From Ruditapes philippinarum (taxonomy: Eukaryota), in assembly GCF_026571515.1 (NCBI RefSeq), contig NW_026856986.1:310001-374000 (forward strand): a stretch of DNA of 64,000 bases. Direction: 5' to 3'. A program made the position numbers and the translations under genes. Numbering within the stretch: the first letter of the stretch is position 1; each line of letters begins with the position of its first letter. The notes under the pieces were generated by a model that was not told the origin of the DNA, did no database searches, and was given only the letters and a program-made list of their open reading frames with translations. Shown piece by piece: positions 37,796-50,165 of the stretch.

Positions 37796-39590
37796 TATCA
37801 GTTGCAAATTACTTAAAATATCAATATAACTACATGTTAAAACGTTCATAAAGCATATTCATTATATGTTTATGTCATGTTGTATGACTGAGTATACGAC
37901 CTCCTAAAATATGCTTACCACTTACAGAAATAGTAAGTATAGTAATATCAATACAGGGTCACTATCTTATAATACTTACAATTTAAAGTTCTTGATAATT
38001 TAACAAAGTGGACGTATATCATAATGTAAGTCTAATTGCACAAGTTTAGGTATTGCAGTCTGATCTATAGGACAAATAAGTAATGTATATTCTTACTATA
38101 GTTTTTTTTTAAAGCAGCATGCCTCCAGATTTATGCAAAATCATGACAAATTCTTAAATGTATTTAAAATGTCAAATTATGTCGAGTGAACAAAGAAACT
38201 AATTCACACATTTCAAAATTTGGAAAATTATCAAACAGGGGTCAAACTATGCAAAAAAAGCCCTTACTGCGTTTGTCACGCAGTAGAAATATGGCGATTA
38301 ATACTACCGAATCGGTCATTAGTTGCATATAACATGTAGATCAATTCTTGAATCGGGAATATTTTTTAAATTATCAGATTTTTGGTATCATATTAGGTGT
38401 TTTGAATCTATGATGAAAAGATCGAAGCCTTTTTTTCTATTGACCTATGCCCTAAAATGACTTACGTTTGTCAAATTAAGAAGAAAAAAAAACATTTTTT
38501 TTTTTTTTTTTTTTTATAAATTTGTACTACAAATGTACTTCATTAAACCCCTAGAGTTTACTTAACTTGCATGAATGACATTATTGAAAAATGTTGAAAT
38601 AATAACATTCCAGTACAAGGAGTCTTTAAAGTGTTTAATTTTAATAAGATGGATTAGTGATATTTAAGGGATTCTACAAAAGCATTTTGCTGCTAAGGGA
38701 ATATTATGTGATTAAGACATTCACAAGTAATGACCGAGAATTATGATCTTAAGTATACATAATGAGGTTATGGATTAGATTTTGAGGGCAAATTGTATGC
38801 ACCATAACCTAAAATTTCTGTCACTTATTTCAACAACTTTCATCGACAAACAGCTTAGAATTATGTCAAACACAAATAACGGATCTTTCAAATTCGGCCT
38901 TCTCCTGTCCAACATGCTTTTACATTACTAATTTTTACGATATAATTTTAAAACGCATAGCTCATTAAAAGAAATGATACATTTCTACAAACTATATATA
39001 TATTGAAAACCCTCAATTGAAAATAATTAGTTCACACGTAATTTCAAATATTTTGGAAATCCGAACTACTGTAAAATATCAGTAAATAACAATTTATAAA
39101 AATAAATCATTCAAAGCTTCAAATGTAAGGTTTAATCCGTTTAAATTTTGTTGTTCAATAGTTATTTCCTCAATAAGTGTTAAGTCCATAACCTGTATCC
39201 ATACGGCTTACAGACTGATTGTAACATGATATACAAGAACAACAAAGAAAGGCGGTGTTCAATGAACGCAACACCCACACGACCCAGCAACAAGGACCAG
39301 CGGCAAGGAGCCCAGGAGCACCCCAAACAAAAACAGGACAGGGCACAAGGCAGGGCACGGCCATGATAATCACTTTAAAAATACATAAAAGGAAATAAAA
39401 GTAACCGACAAGGAAATAAAATTAAATTAAATAATTATAATTATATATAAAGACCACGTTTTATTTTCAGTTCTATTCTATAAAGTTATGTCATACATAA
39501 TTTCAAATATGAATACTCAAGTTTGAGAAAGTTAGCACTCTTTATTCACTACAAATCATTTCACAAGAGACTTCATCGATACAGTCTTGT

Positions 39591-42500
39591 TTATCCAATA
39601 AGTGATGGTTCCGTTGAAATACCTAAAATCATAAACGTAGAAAAGATATCAACGGTACATGCATGTTCTTTGATTCACTGTCCCATTCAAATACTGTAAT
39701 GCACGTGGACACATTAATTATTGTTGTATAGTTACATGAATTAAACAAACACTTTCTTTACACATTTCTATTTTCAATGATGTCAATTTTAACATTTAAT
39801 TATTATTTAGTAGATTTTATAATGCAACGTAGTTTTATATAAATCTGATCAGAAAATAAAATAAACCATGAAAAATGGCTTTATAGCGGATTTAAAAAAG
39901 TTAAAAGGAAATATGGAGTACTTACTGTATTCACACAAAAGTGGATGGGTTTCACCGGAAGAAGATGTGCCAACAAAAATTGAGTGATGTGTATGCCCAC
40001 ATGGTATATCATCCCATTGACCATTTTTATACGGTATCAATACAACACAGTCTTCTTGACTAGAGCTTGCATAGTTCGCAATGTGTCCCGGAACCCAATT
40101 TGTATACTGAACATTTTGTCCTAGACATATTCATAGCAATGCAAGGTCTGTTAAACTACTTCTTTATAGGAAGATCAAAATGTTGGTATAATTTTAATTG
40201 TAATTATATTTATGTAACTGAAATTGCATAATATAACCAATAGAGAAAAACTAATAAAATGAATAATATTGCTTGTTCTTTCTGCCACATAAAGAGTTGT
40301 TATAATTTATTTCTAGGCTTCTAGCAAGCAAAGAGATACTTAATGACATATGACAGACAATAAAGTTTGAATAAACGTTTAATATGAATGGTCAACCTGA
40401 TCCCCAATGGAACTGTCCCTCCGTGTGTCTATCTGTGAGACCAATCCAAACAGAATGATCTGGGAAATGACTCATCATAAAACTTTGGATAAAATTCTGT
40501 TCTTGTGAACTAGTTATAAAAACAAGATGTCCACCTCTAAAAGAACAAATTTGTTCAGCATAATGCCAAGAAACTTTTGAATTTGGAACCAGTTCGTAAC
40601 AACTTTGATCATGCTGTGCAAGTGTGCCATGGTCTCTCTGTGCTTGTTGATGAAGTCTTTGTGGACACAGGTTAATGTTACCTGAAAATAGTTTAGTGTA
40701 AACTGAATAAAATTGAAGAAAAATTCCTATCTTATTTTTTAAATTTCCAGTACACAAAATATTCTATATTATGCTAATCGGGCCAAGTGTGTTTTAAAGT
40801 CATTTAAACAAGAAGAGGTAAACTTTGAAATGCCTAACTTTTTGTGTTTGTTTGTTTTGGGTTTTACGTCACATCGACACAGTATAGGTCATATCGCGAC
40901 GTTCCAGCTTTACTGGTGGAGGAAGACCTCATGTGCCCTTCCGTGCATTATTTCAGGCACGAACGGGCACCTGAGTAGAACCACCGACGTTCCGTAAGCT
41001 AGCTGGATAGCTTCCTCACATGAAAGAATCCAAAGTCCCTGTCGGGATTCGAACCCACAGCGGTGAGGGGCAAGTGGTTTGAAGTCAGCTACCTTAACCA
41101 CTCGGCCACGGACGCCCCAACTTTTTGTGTAACCAAATGAGAAATATATTGAATTAAAATGTAACCTTAAAGTTAAACTGGATATTAATTTATATCAGGT
41201 AAATAGTTCTTCCTCACCAGCATTAATTGGATTTGGTGGAGTAACTGCGGCTGAAAGAAGAATAAAAATCTTATGTATTATTCTTATGAGAAATAATATT
41301 TAAACAATAATAATGCGTTGACACGTTTCAGTAAGCTTTTATTCCACTTATCATTTTTATCTAAATAATTTATTTTTCCAATTTTTTTTAATCATGCATG
41401 AAATGTTGCTTTTAAAATAGATGGTCATCATTTTTTAAAGAAAAACGGCATTTGGCAGGTTTAACAATCTCTTTTCACATACAATGCCTTTAAAATTTGT
41501 ATTTAATTGATACAGTATTTTCCAAAACCACTTTCACACTTCTTCCGCATTTCAAAATTGAAAAAATTCATATATCTGAATTAAATTGAATTTAATAGTA
41601 TTTTATAAACCAAAAATATCAAACCATATTGACATATGAACGCATGGCGAATTCCCTGTTTTATTTCCGATAGACCGTTATCACCACCGCATTGTATATC
41701 GTCCCATTCCACTGTAGTTGGTGTCATAAATACACAATCTTCAGAGTTGTGATAACGATAATCCTTTCGTCCAGGCTTCCAGTTTTCGAACGTAACAGCA
41801 TTGCCTTGAATGCAGTTATTATTGCATTATATGATAAAAGATTTATGCCATTTTATAACAAGTTTGATAAGCTATGTGTCATCATATTTTTATCTTATTA
41901 TCGTTTTTCAACGACAATTTTTAAAATAAGTGATATGCAATGAAAATTGAGAATATTGAAATGTATTCTCGGTAAATATTTGGTTTGTGTTATAATTGTG
42001 AAGGTGTTAAGGTGTCAGCATTAATGATTTACACAAAAGTGATAGTTTACAACAGAAAAAAATATATTACCTGACGTCCATTCAAAACTTTCTTCAGTGT
42101 TTCTATCATGCAAACCCAACCACACTGTGTGCGTATGGTGCTTTACAAGAAAATCAAAAATAAAATCTTGTTCCTGCTGGTTTGCTATGTGTATCAAGTG
42201 CCCTCCATGACCTTTACAAATTGACTCCGCGTGAGACCATGATACGCCTGAGTCAACGATTTCGTAGCAATTTTGTCCAAACTGTGCTAAAAGTTCTCCC
42301 CTTGACTGAGCGGCCAGCTGTTGAATTTTTTGTGGGCATAATTCAACATGACCTAACAATGGAATAGAGATACATGTATACGAAAGTAATATGAATAGAG
42401 GAACAGGCATCATGCTTACTTTGTGAATTATCATTTTAAAACTTCTTAAATTAGAGAATTTTTTAGATCGTATAATACGATATTAGTGTTGCGTTCACGG

Positions 42501-45500
42501 AATGTTACGTGCCCTTAATTCGATCATTTTCTTGTTTCTGGTGGTACTAGTTTTCTATTAAAATACTAGTTCATCACCCATGAGAAAGTGGTATCTGCAT
42601 TTTAATTTCTTCTTTAAGCAACTATTTGTTGTATGCAACCTTTATTACCACCATCGACATTTTAAAAATCTCCTACAATATTTTCACGTGTACATTTTGT
42701 GTTAGAGGACCAATTGCGGCTTTCAATGGAAGAATGTCACGAACATATCGCCTTACAGGTTCTATGTCGTTAGAACATATTGTGTTTATGTTGTTTAGTT
42801 CAAATGTTCACCTTTGAACAGGCTTCATCAAAACTGCCTACAAGTATTCAATTTTGTCGTATTTATTCTAATTTCACATTAAATAATAACATTTGTTTTT
42901 AATATACTCATACCTTTCAGAAAACTTGGTTTTGGGGTGGTTATTTGTAGTGTTGCCGTAGTCAATTTTGTCGTCGTCGTTGTTGGTAAAGTAGTACTTG
43001 TACTCTGTGGTGGTGGTGTGTTGTTGTTGTTGTTGTTGTTGTTGCTGTGGTTGTTGATGTCGTGCCTGTGGATAATCTTGTGGTTGCTACTGATGTTGCA
43101 TCAGTGGTTGTTGTTGTTTGTGTAGACGGCATTGTTGCTGTAGAAGAAGCTGTAGTAGGCACCGTTTTTGTTGTTTGGGCTTGTGTTGTTGGTAATGTTG
43201 ATGGTTCTGTAACTGTTGTTGATTCTGTTGTTAATGCTTCTGTTATGGTAAAAGTTGTAATAATGGTGGTTGTTTTTGTCGTCGTTGGTTTTTGGGTAGT
43301 AGCAACTACTGACGTTGTCTGTGCAGTTGTTGTTGGTTCTTCGGTTACTTGTGTCTTTTGATGTTTGAGGCATTGTTGTTAGTGGAACTGACGTGGTCGA
43401 TACTAAAGACGAAGAATATTGAATATGTATTTTTCTATCTAAAAGACACCTTGAACAAAAGTCCTTCAAAATTATTAGACGACACGACCCCCTAACCATC
43501 CCACCATATGCGGTTCTAAGGAATTGAGCCTGGGTCTCATAGGGACAGCCGGAAATTGCAAGATATGAGCTAAAATAAACCAGTTATCTTTTGCCCAGGT
43601 AATGTATCATCTCTGGCTAGCCAATCCAGCCGGGAACAGCCGGACTAGCCATAAAGTGTTACGGCTGCGCCGGCTGTCTTGGTAACTTTATAAACATGTT
43701 AACGCACATAATGAGTTTTTCTGGGATACTAATTTTCAGTCATTGTAAACAACTGAAAATTGAAAAGATTAAGAAGACTGGTCTACTTAGATACCTGGGC
43801 ATGGTTGAATTCTGCAATTTTTAACGTCTGTTCCATTTCCGGAGCAGTTTAAACCTCCACTAGTAGGCGCTGGGTTTGTACATGTTCGTATTCTACTCTG
43901 TTTTCCATTTCCACATGTATTGCTACAAGAGAACCACTCGGACCATTCAGACCAGTTTCCATCAACTAGAAAGAACATTAAAAAGTTTAGGCAATGCAAT
44001 ATGAGAGAAACATAGAGAAATCATGGATACTGCATGTACAATTAAAGCATTTTCATACTTTGCAACAACTCTAAAGTCAAATAATTTTCTTTTTGTTATA
44101 AAATAGCATATTAAAAATTTATTAGTGGCATTTATGTAATAATATGCACTTTCTACTTTAATGGGTACATATTCTCTGTACAGACTACAGAGTTATATTA
44201 TGACAACAAGATTTTACAAATTACTTTCACCTTTTATTGTTTAGTTAACAAACTCAAATACTAAATTATGAAACAAAAAACGATTAACCAAAATATTATC
44301 ATCAATCATACCTAGATTACATAGATCACAAAATCGAGGGCATATAATCCGGGCATGCTGAGTATCACTGCAAACATTTGTCACGGTATTGAGGTAGGCA
44401 CAGTCGATTTTATGATCGTCAATACAAGATGATGCTGAAAATATAGAGCTGTAGTACAATATTTTATGTGATATTTTAAATATGAAATCTTCATTGTTAA
44501 ACTGATGAATTAACCATTGTTACAAAGATTCTTATTCAATACTCTAAAAACTCTTGGTCAAATGTTTATAAGGTTAGAAACTACATAGTACGGAAAATGC
44601 TGATCTTTGTCGGCAAGCTCAAAGACATATGTAAATGCAAACATACACGCGCACGCATGCCCACGCATCTAATATATCAAGTTTTAGGCATAAAACATTG
44701 TTAAAAGTTAAAACAATCATACGTTTAAAATGTTCACAAAGTGGTTTATTGCATCTATCTGAGCTGCAACACTCATGACAGTCATTATGTTGTCCATGTA
44801 AACCACGGCCAACAAATCCTGTCGCAACTCCTCTATGAGTACCACATTGCTGTAACAGAGTGACAGAAAACACACAATTATGCAATGATAGACTTCTGAA
44901 AAAGACATATAGATTGAGCAATAAATAACAGTCATTAAAATTAAAAATACAAAATGATGGTCAGTCCCTTTATTATGTTATCAATTATGAAATTCAATAT
45001 CTAAATTGACTACTTAAATTGTTATTTACATGTTTGTCAATGCATCCTAATGAATACATCTGATTCTGTCCAACTGTTGACAAATCATGGAAACATGACT
45101 GCAAAAGAAACGCAAAAATTGAATTAAATGATATTATGAAATTAGACTGGCTTTGACGCAGTAAGATTATTCGTCAAATATTTATTTCTCTGATATTAAT
45201 TCACAGTACTCAACTTCCTTTTAATCAACGCCATTACGTTTCATCCACATGCAGAAATTAAATAAATGAAAAATATGCACAATCCATTTTTAACAGTCCT
45301 TTCATATTTGCATCGAGCCTGTATTTTATTAAAAGATTCTGCATCCTTTTGTGGTTCTTACACAAAAGTAAACCGAAGTCCTAATTAATCCGGATCAAAA
45401 CTTGAATATTGCTTAAATTCTATTGGTCTTTCTATGAAATAACCAGGGCCCTAGGTTTGTACATACCATCTAATAAAATTCATACTACATTGAATCTCAT

Positions 45501-48143
45501 ATAGTAATAAGTATGAGTGTTTCACTCTTAAACGTAGTGTTTTCGAAATAAAAATATAGCCATTATTATCTCTTTTAAAAAAGGTTAAATTTTTACTTAT
45601 CCACTATTACATGGGTAATATACTGCCAGGTAAAAGAAAATATTTGAAATAATAACACGAATATACACAATTTCATTCAGTTAGCATGCCTTTCAGCACT
45701 GATTAAAATTTAGAAACTATACGTTTTCAAACCTTTGAAATCGACTGATATAACAGAAAAATGTCAACAAATGTTTAAAGATTTAAATATTGCAGTAACA
45801 TTCTGCTGAATAAATTAAAGATTGTACTAACCGGAAGATAATTTATATAATACATGGCTTACTTGACCAGTGTTGCAATGAATAACATCGTTGCACTGGT
45901 TGATATTTGTTGAGTTTGATCATACATAACACTCCAGCGATGCTATAAATTAAAATAACTCTACTAATATTTATATGTAATAACAATTTATAATGATTTT
46001 ACAAAATATGTTTGTTCAAATAAATGCAAAATGAGCTAATTTTATTTAATTATAAAACTTTTAAATTTTAATCTGCCACCTTACAGGAACACGTACATAA
46101 TAGAGCATCGCTATACATATTTTTCTTTTTACTTTTAATCACCGTGCTTTTGATCCGAAGAAGGAAAACATATAACTCTCTTTACGCTGTTTTCATGCGA
46201 AAACATATATATGAATAATCTAAATAAAAAATTCTAAAAAATATCAATTAATGTAAATACATGTACAATAAAGAAAAAGAAGCGTAATTATCAAAAAGTA
46301 TTTTATAACTAACCTGCGTTTCTTGTATAAGCATACAATATGAGATACACTTTGATAGCTGAAAAGTACAATGTGTATTAATGCATACATAACTGTTGTT
46401 GTAACAGAAATTTCTGTATTTGTTATTTTTAAAATTTTACATACGTTATGTTGTAAGTTACAATATAGAAAGACTGTTTTACATGAACTCGTCTTATAAG
46501 GGGGCGTTATGCATGAGTTTAAGCCAGTAACTTTTTTCTAAATAAATAGATAGGTATAGATAGGTAGATAGGTGTTCTCACTCTTCAAGACCTGTGATCA
46601 GCCTTGGATCAAGGGGAACAAGTAGACGCCATACTACTAGACTTCAGTAAGGCATTTGACATTGTGCCTCACCAACGACTCTTTTCCAAGGTGATCTCTA
46701 CAGCATCAAGGGGACAATCAGAAAATGGATCGAGAGCTTCCTGTCTGACCGCAGTCAACAGATCGTTGAACGCCACTCGTCTGTATCCTTCCCAGTCAAA
46801 TCACGGGTACCCCGGGGCACAGTACTAGGTCCTTTACTGTTCCTCCTTTACATCAACGACCTACCAATGTGCGTGACTTCCACCAGCCGCCTATTTGCTG
46901 ACGACGGCCTGATCTATATGAAAATCAAATCAGAAGCTGACGCATTAGCCCTCCAAGAAGACCTTGATCGACTCCAGGAATGGGAACGCAAGACGATGAT
47001 GTCTTTCATTCCCAGCAAATGCGTAGTAATACACATCACCAAAAAAAACCCCATCATTTATACCTACAAGGTCCACCATCAACTCTTCAATCAGTCAAAA
47101 GTGGAAAGGACGTTTGTGTCAACATCGCAAATAATCTCTCATGGAACATACACACAGAATATACCATCAAGAAGGCCAACAGCTCCCTTATTCCTTAGAA
47201 GAAACATCACAAGCTGCCCACAAGACATCAAGGCCCAGACCTACAAGACCCTTGTAAGACCAATCCTGGAGTACACAGACACAGTCTGGGACCCACACAC
47301 TGCCACCAACACCAAACAGCTGGAAGCTGTCCAAAGGCAAACTGCGCCACGGCAATGATAGCAGACCTAGGCTAGTCAAGTCTACAGCATCGCCGCTCCA
47401 ATGCCAAGCTAGTAATGGTCTACAGGGTCACGCACAACCTCACAGCCATCCCAGCTGCACTGTACTTCCACCCCAGACACTTGGTGGCCATGGCTACGGA
47501 CACATATTCAATGTCCCATTCTGCAGAACAGACACCGTGAAGGTCTTCTTTATACCTTCGGCTATCTGCTTGTGGAACCAGCTTCAAGATCACCTAGCCA
47601 CAGCAGTCAACCTTGAGGCCTTCAAGGGAGGACTAGTCATGGTGCCCTTATATGCCGGAGTTGATTTTATTTTTAACATGGTTTTCTTGCACTTATTTGC
47701 CGCACAACACCTTGTACATACACCCTGTACGTTAATGCCCGGAGTGGTTTATGGACAGTATTGGAAGAAGAAGAAGAAATATGTATTGCTTAAATTCTAT
47801 TGGTATATGTTCTATATATAGTATTCTCCTACCGGTTTCTCATAATGATAATTTCCATTTCGGTGCTACTTTCTCATAGTGTTATACATATGATATGCTC
47901 TTAACCCATTTTTTAAACGTTAAAGAATTCTTGTTTGTTCTTTCTATCGAAGGACAAAATAAATCGTTTCTGGTAATGTGCCTTTAATCCGAAAATATAA
48001 GGAAATGAATATATCAAATAACGATATTTCAAGAATGTTGATGATTTCAAAAGAGAAAAAAAAGAAAGAAAAGAAAATAGAACATCTGGTATAAATGTTC
48101 ACAACAAATTAAATACCTACTTACTAATTATTTTCAAATCCAT
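39591..48143 (-). CDS. Gene E: secreted Ly6/uPAR-like + ShKT + TSP1 + mucin + tandem C-type lectin protein
   Basis: Exons 48125-48143, 46314-46358 (signal peptide), 45863-45942, 45030-45098, 44723-44849 (Ly6), 44312-44434 (ShKT), 43795-43965 (TSP1, WSEWSEW..CSNTCG..R.R.C), 42914-43402 (Thr mucin with two compensating frame slips, possibly errors), 42071-42352 + 41625-41804 (CTLD1), 41218-41250, 40397-40681 + 39926-40120 (CTLD2), 39591-39622 (ISTEPSLIG*). Confidence 0.85.
40848..41118 (-). mobile_element. Full-length tRNA-derived SINE with 12-bp target-site duplication
   Basis: Minus strand: ggggcgtccgtggccgagtggttaagg (A box) ... gggttcgaatccc (B box), body, (caaa)n tail; TSD aactttttgtgt at 40836-40847 and 41119-41130; empty site in paralogue F near 52690. 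Confidence 0.92.
43485..43700. mobile_element. GC-richer transposon remnant shared by the E and F TSP1-mucin introns
   Basis: ctaaccatcccaccatatg..cagccggaaattgcaagatatgagctaaa..cggctgcgccggctgtc, also at ~55255-55455. Confidence 0.5.
46572..47778 (+). mobile_element. 5'-truncated, frameshifted CR1/L2-group LINE (reverse transcriptase remnant) in intron 1 of gene E
   Basis: RT motifs DAILLDFSKAFDIVPH, G(V)P(R)GTVLGPLLFLLYINDLP, RLFADD, LQEDLDRLQEW, YKTLVRPILEY; (gaa)n 3' tail; absent from the same intron in D and F. Confidence 0.9.
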
Positions 48144-48155
48144 TGTTATTGTCTC

Positions 48156-48243
48156 GAGATAGATAAGATAAAAAATGCATACGACACACATTATAATTTA
48201 TGTCACTTGATAAGAAAGCCAAAATCATCAAAGGGGCGATAAT
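48156..48243 (-). promoter_or_regulatory. GATA-site cluster upstream of gene E
   Basis: agatagataagataa..cacttgataag..ggggcgataa. Confidence 0.5.
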
Positions 48244-48956
48244 ATGAGTTCAACGGATTGTTTTAGACGAATAAAACGTTGACTTTGCTACCAACACGAT
48301 GCATTTAATTAGCTATAGATAAAATACAATACGTTATATCGGTTGAAAAACATTTGATTTATAATCTAGTTTAATATTATAATTTGTTTAAACGTTCGTT
48401 ATTTATATATATTCATTTTAGCTTTGTGGCATTTTATCGGACTAAGCATACAATCACCTTAAATATTGTAATACATGTAAAAAAAGTAGTATTCTTTATG
48501 TAATATTTCCAAAAGGGTATGTCATTGTCGCAATCTTATAATACCTACATTTCAAAATACTTGATCATTTTACAAAGTATGCATATATTATAATATTGAA
48601 AAACAAATGAACATGTTTATATATTGCGAAATGATCTATTGGATAAATCAGTAATGAATATGTTTTTTTTTAGTTTAATTCATTACTTTGACTTTTATCA
48701 ATTCACTTGCCAATTTTGTTTGTGTTGTGCTTGTGTGGCATTCTTGAACCATGCGGATACGATAACAATCAATTACCACGATTCTCTGAAGATGTTGAAT
48801 TCTAATTAGGTGGAATAGTTATGTTAAAGGGATTCTATAAAAGCATATTGCTGCAAAGCTCAGCAAGAAAATGTTACATTCCTTCAAACTATATTGTGAT
48901 AATACTCCAGGTCTAAATTCAAATATTTTGGATATCTGAACAATGTATACTATATA

Positions 48957-49891
48957 TACAAGAGCGATCCGTAATCACATGTGTCGCCTTATGATGGCCA
49001 ATTTCATGTTGGGACAAATTTTGTGACAGACGGAGACAGACAGACAGTGCACAACTAGACTTGGTACTGATCATTCCTGTAAAGTTTGGATAAAATTGCA
49101 CCAGTAGTTTATGAGGAGTAGTCCATACAAGCTTTTGCGTATCTGGCAACACACAGAAAAAACACCTTTTTATCAAACGGCCATAAATCGGCAAAAAATC
49201 ATTCAACAAGAAAACCCGTGCAATATGCGCAAGGACTTGAGCTACAGATCAATCCTGAAAAGTTTCATTGAAATTGCATTAGTGGTATAAGAGAAGTAGC
49301 CCGGACAAACTTTAAAAATAAAAATTATTAAAGGGCCATAACTCTGACAAAAATCATTGAACCGAAAAATGCTGACAATATGAACAACTAGACTTGGTAC
49401 TGATTATTCCTGTAAAGTTTGGATGAAATTGCACTAGTTGTTTATGAGGAGTAGTCCGGACAAGCTTTTGTGTATCTGGCAACACACAGAAAAAAACACC
49501 TTTTTATCAAAGGGCCATAACTCGGCCAAAAATCATTCGACCGGAAAACCCATGCAATATGCGCAAGGACTTGAGCTACAGATCAATCCTGTAAAGTTTC
49601 ATTGAAATTGCATTAGTGGTATAATAGAAGTAGTCCGGACAAACTTTAAAATTAAAAATTATTAAAGGGCCATAACTCTGACAAAAACCATTGAACCGGA
49701 AAATGCTGACAATATGAACAACTAGACTTGGTACTGATCATTCCTGTAAGTTTGGATGAAATTGCACCAGTAGTTTATGAGGAGTAGTCCGGACAAGTTT
49801 TGTGACGGACGGACGGACGGACAGACAGACAGACAGACGACGGAGAAGTGATCCCTATATGTCGCCACTACTCCGTAGAGGCGACACAAAA
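48957..49891 (+). mobile_element. Non-autonomous Helentron-like (HINE/DINE-type) element carrying a ~334-bp dimeric tandem repeat
   Basis: 5' acaagag..tgtgtcgcc; repeat anchors caactagacttggtactga at ~49052, ~49385 and ~49720 alternate with a related subunit; aagggccataact motif; (gacg)n(gaca)n microsatellite; 3' hairpin tgtcgcc..ctac..gtag..ggcgaca followed by a-tract. Confidence 0.8.
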
Positions 49892-50165
49892 ATCAGCATA
49901 TAATAACATATTATTCAAAGCGTTACCATGTAAAGTAATCAATTTAAAAAAAATGTTCAATATTTTGTTACCTGCATCCATAAAGCCTACAGACTGATTA
50001 AACAAACCTTCAGTGATATTTAATAGACCACGTGATATTTGTCGGTCCTTTTCTAAAAAGTTATGGAACAGATAATTTCCAATATGAATACTTAAGTTTG
50101 TGAAAGATAGCACTCTTTATTCACTACAAAACATTTCACAACACACGTCATCAATACAATCGTCT

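Noticed and set aside
39225-39370. GC-richer strand-biased patch downstream of gene E containing a 67-aa Cys-rich ORF
   Set aside because: Absent from the homologous F-G spacer and without splice or paralogue support; probably a retroelement tail fragment that I could not classify.
41035-41118. tRNA-like sequence with A and B boxes
   Set aside because: It is the head of a SINE, with body, tail, TSD and other copies in the window; not a tRNA gene.
42962-43162. Poly-His C-terminus in an ORF-track entry
   Set aside because: It results from a frame slip in the (aca)n tract of E's mucin exon; the frame that joins the splice donor reads PPPQSTSTTLPTT..PKPSFLKG.
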